A stretch of DNA of 64,000 nucleotides, from assembly GCF_006345805.1 (NCBI RefSeq), contig NC_043001.1:79422001-79486000 (forward strand), in the 5' to 3' direction. The notes under the pieces are model-generated. The model made no database searches. It was not told where the DNA came from and saw only the letters and a list, made by a program, of their open reading frames with translations. Numbering within the stretch: the first letter of the stretch is position 1; every line of letters starts with the position of its first letter. This document shows positions 42,365 to 55,589 of this stretch, one piece after another. The position numbers and the translations under genes are program-made. The stretch is from Octopus sinensis. Lineage: Eukaryota.

Positions 42365-42799
42365 AATCACTAAAACTGACTTTTATTTTTTACTTTTTGG
42401 TTTGAAATTGCATCTAGCCACTTCAGTTACTTTATAGTTTTTACATTACCATTTTGCTGAATCAGCCATTGATTACTATGGTAAAATCTATAAATACTGA
42501 CAAGTGGAACTTAATTTCACCACTACCAATGGAATAATATCTTTGATGAGCATTATTTTCATGCGAAATTAACGCGCTAATCTCATACCCTTGCTTGCTG
42601 TGGAGAGTTTTTGTCTCCTTTGCCAGTGCATAGAATATGTGCTTTGTTTATGGCTAAAGAGTCTTTGACTTCTATTTCTAGCAATGCTGGTGCTCCCGAC
42701 ACACTCAGTCATTTTTAGCGACAGTGAATTACATTGGTTTTTGTTTGAAATTGCATCTAGCCAACTTAATTATTATAAATATTATATATATCCTTTTTG

Positions 42800-43500
42800 T
42801 CAGGTTGAAAATGATATTCATTCTAGAAAGTTAGGATTAAGCGAGCACATCGATATTTGCGCCACGAACGAACAACACAACTTTATAATTTTTCCCCTCT
42901 ATAAATTCAGGGACAATGCAACCTATAATCAGCGCATTAGCAAAGTAGTATATTTTATTGCAAAATATAACCCTCTCTTGAATACTTCCGCAACAGATGA
43001 AACTACAAGAATTTAGAACAATTTCAACCACTACTGCTACGACCACAACAGGTCACTTGTAGGTCTTTTGACCATTAAAGAAAATTCCACTCTTGTATTT
43101 TTCTTTTCTTTCTCTTTCTTCTTCTTTCCCTACTCATAATTCTCTTCCTCCATCTCCTCCTCCTCCTTTTTTTCTTCTTCTTCCTCTTCTTCTTGTTCTA
43201 CTTCTTCTTCTACTCCCTCCGCTGCTCCTGCTTAAACCATCCCTATTCATAAAGCTATTCCTTCAGATTTACTACTACTTACCACGCATCCACAAAGGAA
43301 GAGACAGTGAGAGAAACAGACTATCTGAAGATTATGGAAATATTTACAAAACTTTTCACTTTAATTTTTTCTCCACTTTAATATTTTTCTTATTTTTCTC
43401 TTAGTTGAAAAGGTCTAAAAGTCGGAAACCGGTACTAAAATGTACTTCAGGATAAAACCATTTTACCATTTTCTACCCTGTCTTATTTTCCTTATACTTA
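42800..43500 (+). mobile_element. 5'-truncated Penelope-like element (GIY-YIG C-terminus, 3' UTR, terminal repeat)
   Basis: RKLGLSEHIDICA...FPLYKFRDN...KYNPLLN aligns with the 26340-26530 copy. A shared 3' block (accacaac.ggtcactt.ta.gtc.tttgaccatt) occurs at 43042-43076 and 26210-26244. Confidence 0.85.
43401..43438 (+). ncRNA. Minimal type-I hammerhead-like motif, U3-A8 core
   Basis: Stem I TTAG/CTAA (4 bp), core TTGAAAA (43405-43411), GAAA (43425-43428), palindromic ACCGGT helix III, and a GUA cleavage triplet. Stem II is degenerate in this copy. Confidence 0.55.
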
Positions 43501-43567
43501 TCAACTAGTGTGTTACTTTTCTACCCTGGCCGCAGTCAAATGACTGAAACAAGTAAAAGAGTAAAGA

Positions 43568-43610
<43 letters not shown>

Positions 43611-43620
43611 CATATATATA

Positions 43621-43685
<65 letters not shown>

Positions 43686-43703
43686 TGTATGTATATATGT
43701 AAG

Positions 43704-43742
<39 letters not shown>

Positions 43743-44063
43743 ATGTGTGTGTGTGCCTTTGTGTCTGTGTTTGCCCCCAACACCGCTTGACAACCAGTGT
43801 CTTGGTGTGTTTACGTCTGCGTTAACTAGCGCTTCCAGAAAAGAGTCCGAGCGAATAAGTACCAGGCTTAAAATCAAAGAACAAAAAAAAAGTGCTGGGG
43901 TCGATTCAGTCGACTGAAATTTTTCTAATGACTGAAACAACTAAAAGATAAAAGATACGTTTTCATATACTCTATTCTATTAAATGGAATGAATGTCCTG
44001 CTAAATATCGGTCATGGTTTCAATTTCTCTTACGTACATAGTAAACTTCATTGTTATTCTTAC

Positions 44064-44126
44064 CTTTCTGAAATTTTATATTTTGTAAAAACTGTAGTAT
44101 ATCATTTTCATCCGAGTCGTCTACGT
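44064..44126 (-). CDS. Candidate 63-nt host exon (DVDDSDENDILQFLQNIKFQK)
   Basis: Acceptor atttgattaccag and strong donor AAG|gtaaga; symmetric phase 1-1 and open. Inference only. Confidence 0.3.
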
Positions 44127-45729
44127 CTGGTAATCAAATACTGTCACTTGCCACGTGTTTAATTTGCATATTTTTCTTGAATGAACTCAAGTCAATTCGA
44201 TCCCATTGACCTACAACGCTTGAGAAGCACAAATTGCCGTCATTCGTTTCAGTTGCTGCTGCTGTTTGCACAGGTTTTCTTTCATTCAAATGAATGGTTA
44301 CAACTCCAGTTCTTTTTGTATTTTCTCTTGTAAAAGCGCAAGTACTTCAGCTTCAAATTTCCTCTGTTTAATCTTCTTTTCATTGTCTTTCAAATGATGT
44401 TTTTTCTTGATCTTTTAAAAATAACATTGAGCAGTGTGCCTTTACGTAACGAATTTTACAGCTAGCATTACTGTACTGAACACATCCATCTTGTTTCTTC
44501 TGAGGCGGATATTTTGCAGCCGTGTAAATATTGCAAATGGCAATTTGTCAAAAATCCGAAAACGGTTTAAATGTCTAAACACAAATCCCTGTGCAGCATT
44601 TATTTCATTTAAATGTTCCATTTATTTCAACTAAAGTTTGTCTGTTGCAAGTTATCCTTGCAAAAGACGAAGCGGCTCCTCAGTTCTAAATTTTATCGTT
44701 ATTTTCATTTGAACAAGCTTGCACATTTGTGTGTTGGTGTTGCTATTTGTTTCTTTGTGAGAAATTTTTCCGTCAATACTATTATTTCTATTTATCACAA
44801 ATAATTTTTTTCTCAATCTGTGCGTTTATGACTTGTTTCTCCTTTCTCTAAAAGAATCTGTGCTTTTATTTTATTCTCCACAAATGTTTCTATGGGGAAT
44901 ATTTTCGGTTTTACAGGGGCTAAAACTACTGTGGAGAGCACCTCATACCGCTACGGAACACAAAGAGCGATTTTCAGTTTGAAATATAGCTGTTCAAAAA
45001 AATTAAACGAAATTGCCCAAAATTGTAATATTTTGCCTAAAGAACATAGAATAATATTGAAAACCAAGGTCTCACATGATTTAAGATAATATCCCTCGAT
45101 TCTATACAGAAATAAACTTCTACATTTTGAGCAAACAAAATAACAGTGTTATCATCGCAGAAACAGAAGTAAACATCATTTTAGGACCAGGAACATCAAG
45201 AATCGTCGAGGAAAACAAATATTATATTGTTTCTAGCAGAGGAACAATTTCTGAAATTTATAGAAATAATTACCGATTCGATCGACCTCCAGGAATTGAT
45301 TGATACTGTATTTTAACAACAATATAGGGTCAAAGTTGAAGTCGATCTTGCCCTAGAAATCCGGTGAAATATAGCCCCTATGAGCTTGACATAGGTATAT
45401 ATATATATATATATAGTTGATCCAAACATGAAGAGAAAACAACAATGTGTGGATGTGGAAAATGTATAGTGTTATAGGACGCTCAGGAAAGGAAAGAAAG
45501 AAGGATGATTTAACGTTTCGAGCGGAGCTCTTCATCAGAGATACAGAAAAAAAGGAAAAAGGGAAGAGGGAGAAAGAAAATCGCCAACGATACACATGCG
45601 GTCACATATTGAAAAAAATCACACACACATATATATATGTGTGTGTGTGTGTGAGTGTGTGTGCATTCGGTGCGAATAGTTTTGATAATAATAATCGTAC
45701 TTTTCTATATGACTAAAGCTTATAGCGAT

Positions 45730-45844
45730 CACATATATATATATATATGCTTGACTGAAATATCGACATGGCTACTTATATATGTGTGTATGTATATATA
45801 TGTATATATATAATATATATATATATCATATATATATATATATA

Positions 45845-45913
<69 letters not shown>

Positions 45914-46037
45914 TACATGTATATATACACACATATTATATATATATACATATATGTATATATACACATATGTATATATTATATATATAATATAATATAT
46001 ATATATAATATATATGTATATATACACACACACATAT

Positions 46038-46076
<39 letters not shown>

Positions 46077-46150
46077 CTGTATATATACACATATGTATAT
46101 ATATATAATATATATATATATATGTATTATACACATATGTATATATTATA

Positions 46151-46200
<50 letters not shown>
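45730..46200. repeat. Degenerate (TA)n tract
   Basis: Directly visible. Confidence 0.95.
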
Positions 46201-46201
<1 letters not shown>

Positions 46202-46481
46202 CTGAATGAGAGGCTATTCACATCTGTATTTAGTTTTAACGCGGAGAAATATATTACTTAGATATAATCAGATCTTACATTTACTTCCGAATAGTTCTAT
46301 CGGTGCTGGTGTCGTGAATGGGGAAAGTTTGGTTTGCAATGTTTATAGTCGTGTATGCTTGTCAAGAGCATAGCTCTCATTAGTCCAGCGAAGCCGCAAA
46401 TGCAAAATATAAATTAGCCTTAGAGCGCACATGTTCCTGATGGTCCAGCAATGTCTTCTCGATCACGATGGGTACGTACAT

Positions 46482-46526
<45 letters not shown>

Positions 46527-46606
46527 TATATATATATATATATGTATATGTATGTATGTATATGTATGTATGTATGCATGTATTCATACTTACATACATG
46601 TGTATA

Positions 46607-47020
46607 GGCGCAAGCTTGGCTTTGTGGTAAGAAGTTTCCTTCCCAACTACATGGTTTCGGGATCAGTCCAGAGTGTGGCACCTTGTGCAAGTATCTCCTA
46701 CTTTAGCCTCAGGCCAATCAAAGCCTTGTGAGTTGATATGGCAGACGAAAACTGAAAGAAACCCGTCATATATATATGTGTGTGCATGTGTGTGTCTGTC
46801 TGCCTGTCTGTGTGTCTGTGTTTTTCCACTCACTTTCGCTGGACAACCGATGTTGGTGCATTTACGTCACCGTAACTTAGCTGTTCAGTAAAAGACCCTG
46901 GTGGAATAAGTACTAAGCTTACAAAGTATAAGCCCTGCGATAGATTTCTTCGACTAAAGCCTTTTAAAGCGGTGCTCCTGCATGGCCGCAGTCAAATGTC
47001 TGAAACAAGTAAAAGAATAA
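46607..47020 (+). mobile_element. Full-length SINE-A
   Basis: Head, body and tail are all present. Confidence 0.88.
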
Positions 47021-47028
47021 ATTGAAAG

Positions 47029-47063
<35 letters not shown>

Positions 47064-47290
47064 TAAATTAGAGATGAAACCATTATTAGGCAACTCAACA
47101 GTGATAGACAGAGACCAAAACATAAAAACAAAAAATAAATATAATTAATATAATATATAATATATATATAAAATATATTAAATTTTAAGATTTAACTTAT
47201 TAAAAATATTACATTTTAAGTTTATATTTTAAAATTTTTAGATTTTTAGATTTTTAAATTTTTTAATTTTTTAATTTTTAAATATATATA

Positions 47291-47480
47291 TAGGTGGTGC
47301 TGAAAATATAGGAAGATCAGTTAATTATGATTTTATTAATCGTTTTCCCCTCTCAGATTCCCGCACTTATTGAGCTGGCCCTTCAGTTTTCCTAAGCCCT
47401 GTAAAAGAACTCGGTAATCTGGGCCTCCAAACAGACCTTTCGTGATAAACTTAATGCTAGGAACTTTTCAGCACCTCTTC
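47291..47480 (-). mobile_element. Mariner-derived MITE / internal-deletion derivative
   Basis: Inverted ends ggtgctgaaaa (47296-47306) and ttttcagcacc (47465-47475). The minus strand reads FFTGLRKTEGP / LNKCGNLRGE-like, resembling a mariner transposase C-terminus. Confidence 0.5.
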
Positions 47481-47517
47481 TTATGTATATGTGTGTGTGT
47501 TTATATGTGTGTGTGTA

Positions 47518-47556
<39 letters not shown>

Positions 47557-48032
47557 CAGATCAGGTCACGTGCTTTGAGCATTAAGATTAGACGATTAGT
47601 TGGAGATACTAGGCGAGTTATAAAAACCTGCCTAGACCAAGTCTCAAATATGTGAAGCAATTTACTTGTTCATTATTACATACTGTGTACATTAAAAGAT
47701 ATTCATCTCTCAGCGGGCGGAGTACATTTTTGTTTTGATATCTTGAGGGAAAAGTAATCTGATATCCCATTGGTAAAATCATTTAGCTAGATGACATCAT
47801 TTCATTGGTTCAGAGCTGAACCAATAAAATGTTGACCCATCAGACCATAGTTTTTTTTCCCACTAATGTTTTGAAGGCTTATATTTGGGCACCTGAGAGA
47901 AATGAATGAGAACACTGAAGATTTTCAGAGAAATATACATTTTTAAGAGCGTTGTAGTTCACTTGAAACATTGTAGTATCGAAGAAGGGAAAGAAAATCC
48001 AAACGAGGAAGGCTACCGACAATGCAGTAAGT

Positions 48033-48307
48033 TTCACAAAACCTTTATATTTCAGGTGCCAAGGCCCATCCTCAGAAGAAAAACAGCAGGGAACCTGCTA
48101 TCGCTGCTGCTAACCCGTCACATCATCCAACAGTTGGATGTTTGTTTACACCAACGCTTGTGGAAATGATTACAGAGACTGACTGTACTGCTAACATAAC
48201 ACTGATTAATTTTAATTGGTTAACGGAACCTGTATAACTAGACGTTTCCCACACTGTTTTTCTTCTGCGGATGGGCCTTTGCGTCTAAAATATAAAGGTT
48301 TTGTGAA
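48033..48307. repeat. 275-bp foldback with 54-bp inverted arms
   Basis: Arms 48033-48086 and 48254-48307 are 49/54 complementary around a 167-bp spacer. Confidence 0.85.
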
Positions 48308-50519
48308 GATTCTCGCATTGTCAAAAACATTCCTATTTTTCCTTTTTTCTCCCTTATTCGATACATGATTTAGCTTCAGATGCTAGCATATCATACGAGC
48401 CCAAACTAGTTCAGAAGAATTTTGTTGGCAGTGACACCAATCAACAGGCCGTGTATTTCTCGATTATTATTCAAAATATCAACGGTGGACATAGAAATAT
48501 TCTTCATTGCTAATCAAAAATATACCAGTTCCATCAGTTCAATAGAGTTTTCACACCTCCGGGGATCATTGAGAGTTAGAAAAGTTTCAATGAAAATTTC
48601 AGCATATACTGATCTTCAGATGCAACTCTATTTTCAGTCTGTTTCAACTTATAGATTCAACTTCGCTTGATCATATATGCCTTACTGTAACGATTTTCGT
48701 TCGACCAATGCATCAGATATTTAGGTGTTATAAACAAATTGCTATTAATAAATATTTCGTCTTTCATATGGAGAATATAAGATAACGTATATTATATAAA
48801 ACATCTTATCGTGAAGCATTCATAAATTTTTTGTTTGGTTTCATTAATTTTGTGAAGAATTTACTGCATTATGCCAATAAAAATTTATGCTTAAACGTAC
48901 ACAATTTTAAAGAATACAAGACTTTTTTATATTAATTGATTCTAAAGAGGAAATGGAAATAATTAATGTTTAATTAGCAGTACGCTGTCTTGTCATTAAA
49001 CCAAATGACAATAGGTTCGTCTTTCAATCAATCTGTCTGTCTCCCCCCCCTTCTTATTCTCTCTCTCTCTTGCTATCTGTTTCACTCTCTATATGTGTCT
49101 GTGTGTCTTTGCATATGTGTAGGTTTCTACACGCGCACAAAAACACATTCATAGACACACAGGTGTATATATACATACATATATTTATATATACAGACAT
49201 AGATGTATGTAAATATATATACATATATACATGTATATATATATATATATATATATGTGTACATATATATACATATGTATATATACATATATTTTATATA
49301 GATATATATATACAAATGTACATATATATATATATGTATATACATACACATATAAATTCATATACATACATACACACATATATAATTTTATATACAAACA
49401 TACATATTGTTTACAGTTCCATTATAGGTAGAATCAACAAAAATACTCAATTCTGTGATAAATGTCATTTAATATACTCAATTACAAAGGAGCTACATAT
49501 AGTTTCACACTTCCAGAAACGTTAAATTATACCATGTACCTCCAAGCACCTAGCCAATATACATACATTCATAACACACACAAACACACACACACATACA
49601 CACACTCACACACATGTATATATGTATATATATATATATGTATATATAGATGTACATACATATATGTGTGTGTATGTATATATATATATACATACAAATG
49701 TACGTGCATACATGTTATACACACTCACACATACATACTTACATTGGAGAGTTATATTCAAGCACCGTATAATTGAAATTTTCAATAAAATAATTAGAAA
49801 GAACCCCCTATCCTGAAATATTTCAAGCAGAGAATTTATTGTAAACAAATTATATGTCCTCCAGTTTATATTTCCTTGACTACGTTTTTATCTACATTCT
49901 TGTGAATCAAATAGCACTTTTAGAAACACCCGATACACCCACGAAATTCCATCACGAATTTCGGGTAACAGATAATCCATCTGAATACAGCTTCACCAAA
50001 AAGAGTCCTCCCTCTCGTAGGGCCAAACTTAACTCAGAAGCCCTTTGGCAACTATTTCATGTGTCATTATGGCTACAGAAAATTTTGGAATCTCATCTGT
50101 CTACTGTTGATTTTATTGTAGCTGTAATTCATTTTAATACTTTTCTGCCTCACGATTTCTGTTTTAGCACAAAACCCTCTATATGAATATATTTTCAATT
50201 TTAGTGTATCACATTGAATCACAACGTAATTGATATTTTGAAACAGCAACAAAAAGAATTTATATAGTAGAAAGCCATCTGGTGCATTATTTTTCAGATA
50301 CATAATAATGTGTAAACAAATTATTCTTTCACAAAGCATCATTTCGATGGAACCACCTAGTTGTATCGCTGAAATAACGTGTTTGTAGATGGATAATTTG
50401 TTTACAATAAATTCTACATTTATAAACCTTGTACCAGAAGCTTTTCTACTGTTATATTCAATTCGTACATCTATATACATACACATCCATCTCTCTCTCT
50501 CTTTTTCCCCTCTCTCACT

Positions 50520-50577
<58 letters not shown>

Positions 50578-51443
50578 TGTATGTATGTATGTATATATAT
50601 ATGTACGTATGTATATATATATGTAAGTATGTATATATATATATATGTATGTATATATATATGTATGTATATATATATATATGTATGTATGTATATATGT
50701 ATGTATGTATGTATATATATATGTATGTATGTATATATATATATGTAGTATGTATATATATATATGTAAGTATGTATGCATGAATATATGTACATGTATG
50801 TATATAAAATTCTATAAACATACACACATAAATATATGTATCTATATATACAGACAAAACCACACACACACAATTGAAATTAATGTTTTGTTATGAAATT
50901 TTAAATTTAGCATTCAAACCTTATTTTGGGTACGGACCGAGTAATGTGCCGGTAGAGCACTTTCACCACTTACGGCTACCAGTTATCATCTGCGGTAAAT
51001 AGAGTTTGGTTGTTGGATCTGCATTAGGAGAAATACAGTGATGGAGCAGAATCGGTATGGTGTGTATTCAGAGCTCGACAAGCAGGAAGTGGTTGATAAA
51101 AAATACAAGGGATTGCAAAGAACAAAGAGGGAGGTTTTAATGACTTTGGAACGAAATCTACGCTAAAGTTTACGGAGGTCTTTGATGGTTGATTGTGTCT
51201 GTCAAGCGTGACGTCCTGGTTATGAATTTGCTGGAGTTGTCGTTCACCACTTCAGATTTGGTCGCTTCTTAATAACCCCATAACACGTATCAGTATACCA
51301 ACATATAGCGATGCACTCCTACGCCTCTTTAAATATATACATGTATATACGCGCATTCATTCTCATTTATGCTCACTCGTGTCAATCGACTTATCCATCA
51401 CGTTTATACACAAACACACACACACACACACACACACGCATAT

Positions 51444-51486
<43 letters not shown>

Positions 51487-51859
51487 CAGAAAATGGAGAA
51501 AAACTCAGATCAACAAACAAAGGAACTGAACCACATCTAAAGCTTGTTATTAAATACAAAACATGACATAACGTTTATGTGACATATTAATTCTTTCGGC
51601 CGTTTCCGATTCCGATGCGAATTCAGTACCTACAAAGAATTTCGAAAATTATATTCTTCATCTTCTTAGGACATCAGAACTAGAACACGAAGCTTCATCA
51701 GAGTTAATAGAAAAGCGTTCAAAATAAACAAAAGGAAGAGGGAATAGGAAAAAAAAAACACGGCCTAGAGGAGAAGTCTGGCATCCCAATATATCAAAAC
51801 CATCCAATCTTCCATCTTAGGACTTCGGAGTCAGTATTACTATTGCTATAGAAAATGAT

Positions 51860-52440
51860 AACTACTTAGACGCTAATTGTAATTTAAATACGGGTTTACA
51901 CCAACCTTATTTGAAACCTAACTCTAACTTAAAGTATATAAACTATCACAGTAACTATCCACAATCAGCAAAATGAGCTTAATAAGCGGCATTAGCAAAA
52001 TGATTTCCTACAGCTCCTCTAACGAGGACATATTTAATAGTCATAAGGATATGAAAGATAAGGCACTAATAGATAGGGGCTATAGAGGTAGAATCAAATA
52101 TATCCCACACGAGCATGAAATGAATAGATGTAGCAAGAAATATATTAACCACAACATTATAGCACATGGCCATACACCTAAGCAATGTAATAAAATACAG
52201 GGAACTACAGTTAATTTCACTAATAGGATAGGATTTAGCAACGATATGTGTAACTACAAAAACAACAGTAGAACAACCGGTAGGAGAAAGAAGGTAAATG
52301 ACGAAGGATAAATAAAGATAATAAACGCACTAACAATGAAGCGGCTACTGATAAATCGGGAGATATACTCCCTTTTGCAATGCAAATAAAGACTGACCTA
52401 GCTAAGCAAATTTTTAACGTTATAAAAAGCGCTTTGATAA
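51860..52440 (+). mobile_element. Second-lineage Penelope-like element, reverse-transcriptase thumb remnant
   Basis: NYLDANCNLNTGLHQPYLKPNSNLKYINYHSNYP(frameshift)SLISGISKMISYSSSNEDIFN...RGY, then YTPFAMQIKTDLAKQIF. This resembles the PLE motifs FLDxxxNLxxG.xxPYxKPN...HSNHP...WFNPPF. Confidence 0.7.
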
Positions 52441-52625
52441 AAATGAGAGGTATTCAAAACCCACGTCGTCGTAACCGACGGAGTGCCATTTAGTTAAGCA
52501 ACAAATATCTAAAAACAGTGAGTAGACATGAGCTCAACAAAAGAACAGATGATTTTACGTGTATATGAATTGAAGAATAATAGATCACGTGCACGTGTGG
52601 TTGTATGTTAAGTAGCTTGCTTACC

Positions 52626-54095
52626 TGGCTTCCGGTTACCCAGAGTGCATTTGGTTTGTCATTTGTGTGCGAATCGGACGTCATTTTTTTTTGTTTTTTG
52701 GCTGCTTTGAGGGTAGATATGTGACCGTAGCGGAACTGAGCTGTTTTCTTCAGAGGAGGAGCTGGTGAGAGCAGTATAAGGCATGGATGAATGTTTGGAG
52801 AAAATGAAGAGTTTCGCCTAGGCAGCGGCGGTGAAGAGAAGAGAAGTAGACCTGTCAAGAACTAAGGAGCACGGGAAAATGGTGCAGAAAGTGGGCGGCA
52901 ATGGGACGTTATCACCCCCACAAAGAATCATGGATGGTATAAAAAGAGAAACAGTCATATACAAAGTTACTCCATAAAGAGTAAGATGGCTGGCCATATA
53001 GAAATAGAGAAAATAGAAAAGGCAGTAACGGAGGAATCCAACAGAGTAATATTCATGACAAGAGGATGCCAATATGGGACAATGATGTTCCAGTTTAGAA
53101 CAGAAGAAGATGCAAGGAATCTGGCGGGTGAAACAGTAAAGACGGAGGAAGTGGTTCTTCTACCCACATATCTTGGAAGAAGGACTTCAAGATAAGGGTA
53201 GAAGGTAACCCGCCTGATATAAATGTAGCTTGGGTTGCAACAGCTGTCCTCATTAAAAGTGAGAAGGAAATGGCTCTCCTCCAGGCCACGGAAGCGGAAG
53301 AAGGAATATTTAAAGGGAAGTCGTTTAAACTTATCATTCAGACCGAGGAAACACAATTGGAAAATTTGGCAGAGACAGTATCGTTGGGCGAGATAGTTCT
53401 AAGTGTGTGGGTCGAGGGAAGAATCCCACGCTGCTTTAAATGTGGCCAAAAGGGCCACATTAGAGCGCACTGCCCTCTACAGAAGAAAACGACAGAAGAA
53501 GCGGTGGTGGAGACGGAAGAGAAAAAGGATGAAGTACAGATAGATGGAAGGAACAAGGAGGATGAATGGACAGTGACAGAGAATAAAAGGAAAAAGAGAA
53601 AGAAGAGGAAGAATAGTTAGTGTGATGTGGGACCCCAGACCAACTCCATCCCACCCAAGACCACTCAGATGTACCCTACGCATACAGACAAAAACCCACG
53701 TACCCCCGCTCCCCACAGGAGAAAAGAAGACAGAAAAGACACCACAAAATTTAAAAGATCTCTCCCCCAGTGAAAAAGGTTACGTGTACATTGAGGAGAG
53801 AATGTGGTCACTCAGCGATGGGAAAACGGTAATGGAAAGACTAGATTAAAGACTAAAGAGGACTCAGGACTCAGAGGTGGCGAGTGGTGTGAGTAACACA
53901 CTTTTCATATTCTCATTTCTCAGTTATCATTCATGTATCATTATTTTAATATTTTGCTTTTAATGTTATACATGTTCATTTTCATGTGTCATTCATAGCA
54001 TCATATTTTATTTTAATTGTTATATGTCCCCACATGTGTTGTAGTGTCCTCCTCTATGTAATGCCTGTATGGAAATTTAAAAGAAATAAAGTAAA
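52626..54095 (+). mobile_element. ORF1-only (HAL1-like) non-LTR retroelement, 1470 bp, 9-bp TSD
   Basis: TSD ttgcttacc at 52617-52625 and 54096-54104. About 157-bp 5' UTR, ORF1-like coding region, AT-rich 3' region ending AATAAA plus an A-rich tail. No endonuclease or reverse-transcriptase motifs seen. Confidence 0.75.
52783..53620 (+). pseudogene. Tx1/L1-type ORF1 (gag-like) protein with a CCHC zinc knuckle, frameshifted
   Basis: MDECLEKMKSFA*..., two frameshifts, LLPTYLGRRT / IRVEGNPP, VWVEGRIPRCFKCGQKGHIRAHC (knuckle 53432-53473), and a basic WTVTENKRKKRK segment. Confidence 0.8.
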
Positions 54096-54204
54096 TTGCT
54101 TACCAATCACATGGCTGCGGGTTCAGTCCCGCTGCGTGTCTATAGCCTCGGGCCGACCAAAGCCTTGTAGGTGGATGTGGTGGACGGGAATTGAAAGAAG
54201 CCCG

Positions 54205-54530
54205 ACATACTTAATTTATCAAATCCGAAAGGATGAAAGGCAAAGTCGACCTCGGCGGAATATGAACTCAGAATGTAACGGCAGACGAAATACCTATTTC
54301 TTTACTACCCACAAGGGGCTAAACACAGAGAGGACAAACAAAGACAGACAAATGGATTAAGTCGATGACATTGACCCAAGCGCGTAACAAGTACTTAATT
54401 TATCGACCTCGAAAGGATGAAAGGCAAAGTCAACCTCGGCGGAATTTGAACTCAGAACGTAACGGCAGACGACATATGGCTACGCATTTCGCCCGGCGTG
54501 CTAACGTTTCTGACAGCTCGCCGCCATAAT
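54205..54530 (-). mobile_element. SINE-B2 unit followed by a partial second B unit
   Basis: Same ...gtagtaaagaaataggtatttcgtctg junction as at 23260-23285. Confidence 0.8.
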
Positions 54531-55035
54531 TTGGTGAAAATTCGCGAAGTAGAAACGGTATTGTACTGTATATTTTTTTTATTTTTATAATTTGTTTATA
54601 TTTATTTTATAAGTGCGAAACAACACTACAGAGGAATCGATGTACGCCTAAATAATAAACCGCGATATGGCGAGAGATTATTGCACATAGTAGATAATGA
54701 GAAGCACATGGGTTTTGGTAGAACAACTTCATTGCAGATAAGCGATATATTTTATTAATGACAGGGCACAGAAACATTCAGTGCTAAGGATTTATATCTA
54801 TGTGACTAAAAGAAACGAAGAAAAGGGAACAATAGACCCAAATATACGAAATAAAAATTAACCCAATACATTTTCTTGTGCGCATATTTATATACACACG
54901 CTAAATATTTTTATGTCTGTTTTTGTGTGTATGAGAGTCAGTATATGTATGCATATATATGTGTATATATATATATACGCATACACATACTCTCTCTGAT
55001 ACATATACACACACACACACACCACACACACACAC

Positions 55036-55083
<48 letters not shown>

Positions 55084-55589
55084 GTACACATGAGCACATA
55101 TACAATCCCAAAGACAAAGATGTACAGAATACACACACACACACACATATATATATATGTGTGTGTGTGTATATGTGTTTATTGATAGATAGATAGATAG
55201 ATATACAAACACATACACGCACACTGGATCACACACGCACACACACAATATACACAATGATACGTATGTGTATATTATAAAATTTGTAATATCCACTTCA
55301 AAACGAAAGTATCTGATAAATAAGGCTCCATTAGAGAAGATTTTTTCATTTTATTTCTTCATCTATTAATATCTACATATTAAATTCACTAATGTAAATG
55401 ATTTACAAAATGAATTTTTTGTAGATCTTGACATAAGTGTCTCACTATATTGAGTTGTTTTCTATTCATTTTTCATTCTCGCCTTATATAAACTTATAAA
55501 TTACTGTCTATTTTTCTAGTTAGTTAGCTAGCCAGCTGTATCTCTAGATATCTATCTTTCAAGCTCTCACTCATCATTGCAGATGGTTC

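Larger units (their letters stand above)
52590..54200 (+). mobile_element. SINE-A split by the 52626-54095 insertion
   Basis: Left piece gtgtggttgtatgttaagtagcttgcttacc and right piece ttgcttaccaatcacatggctgcgggttcagtccc rejoin into the SINE-A head. Confidence 0.85.

Noticed and set aside
42400-42763. 21-bp direct repeat (42400-42420 and 42743-42763) as a TSD
   Set aside because: The intervening 322 bp has no recognisable element ends, and similarity extends patchily beyond the repeat, which fits an old small duplication better.
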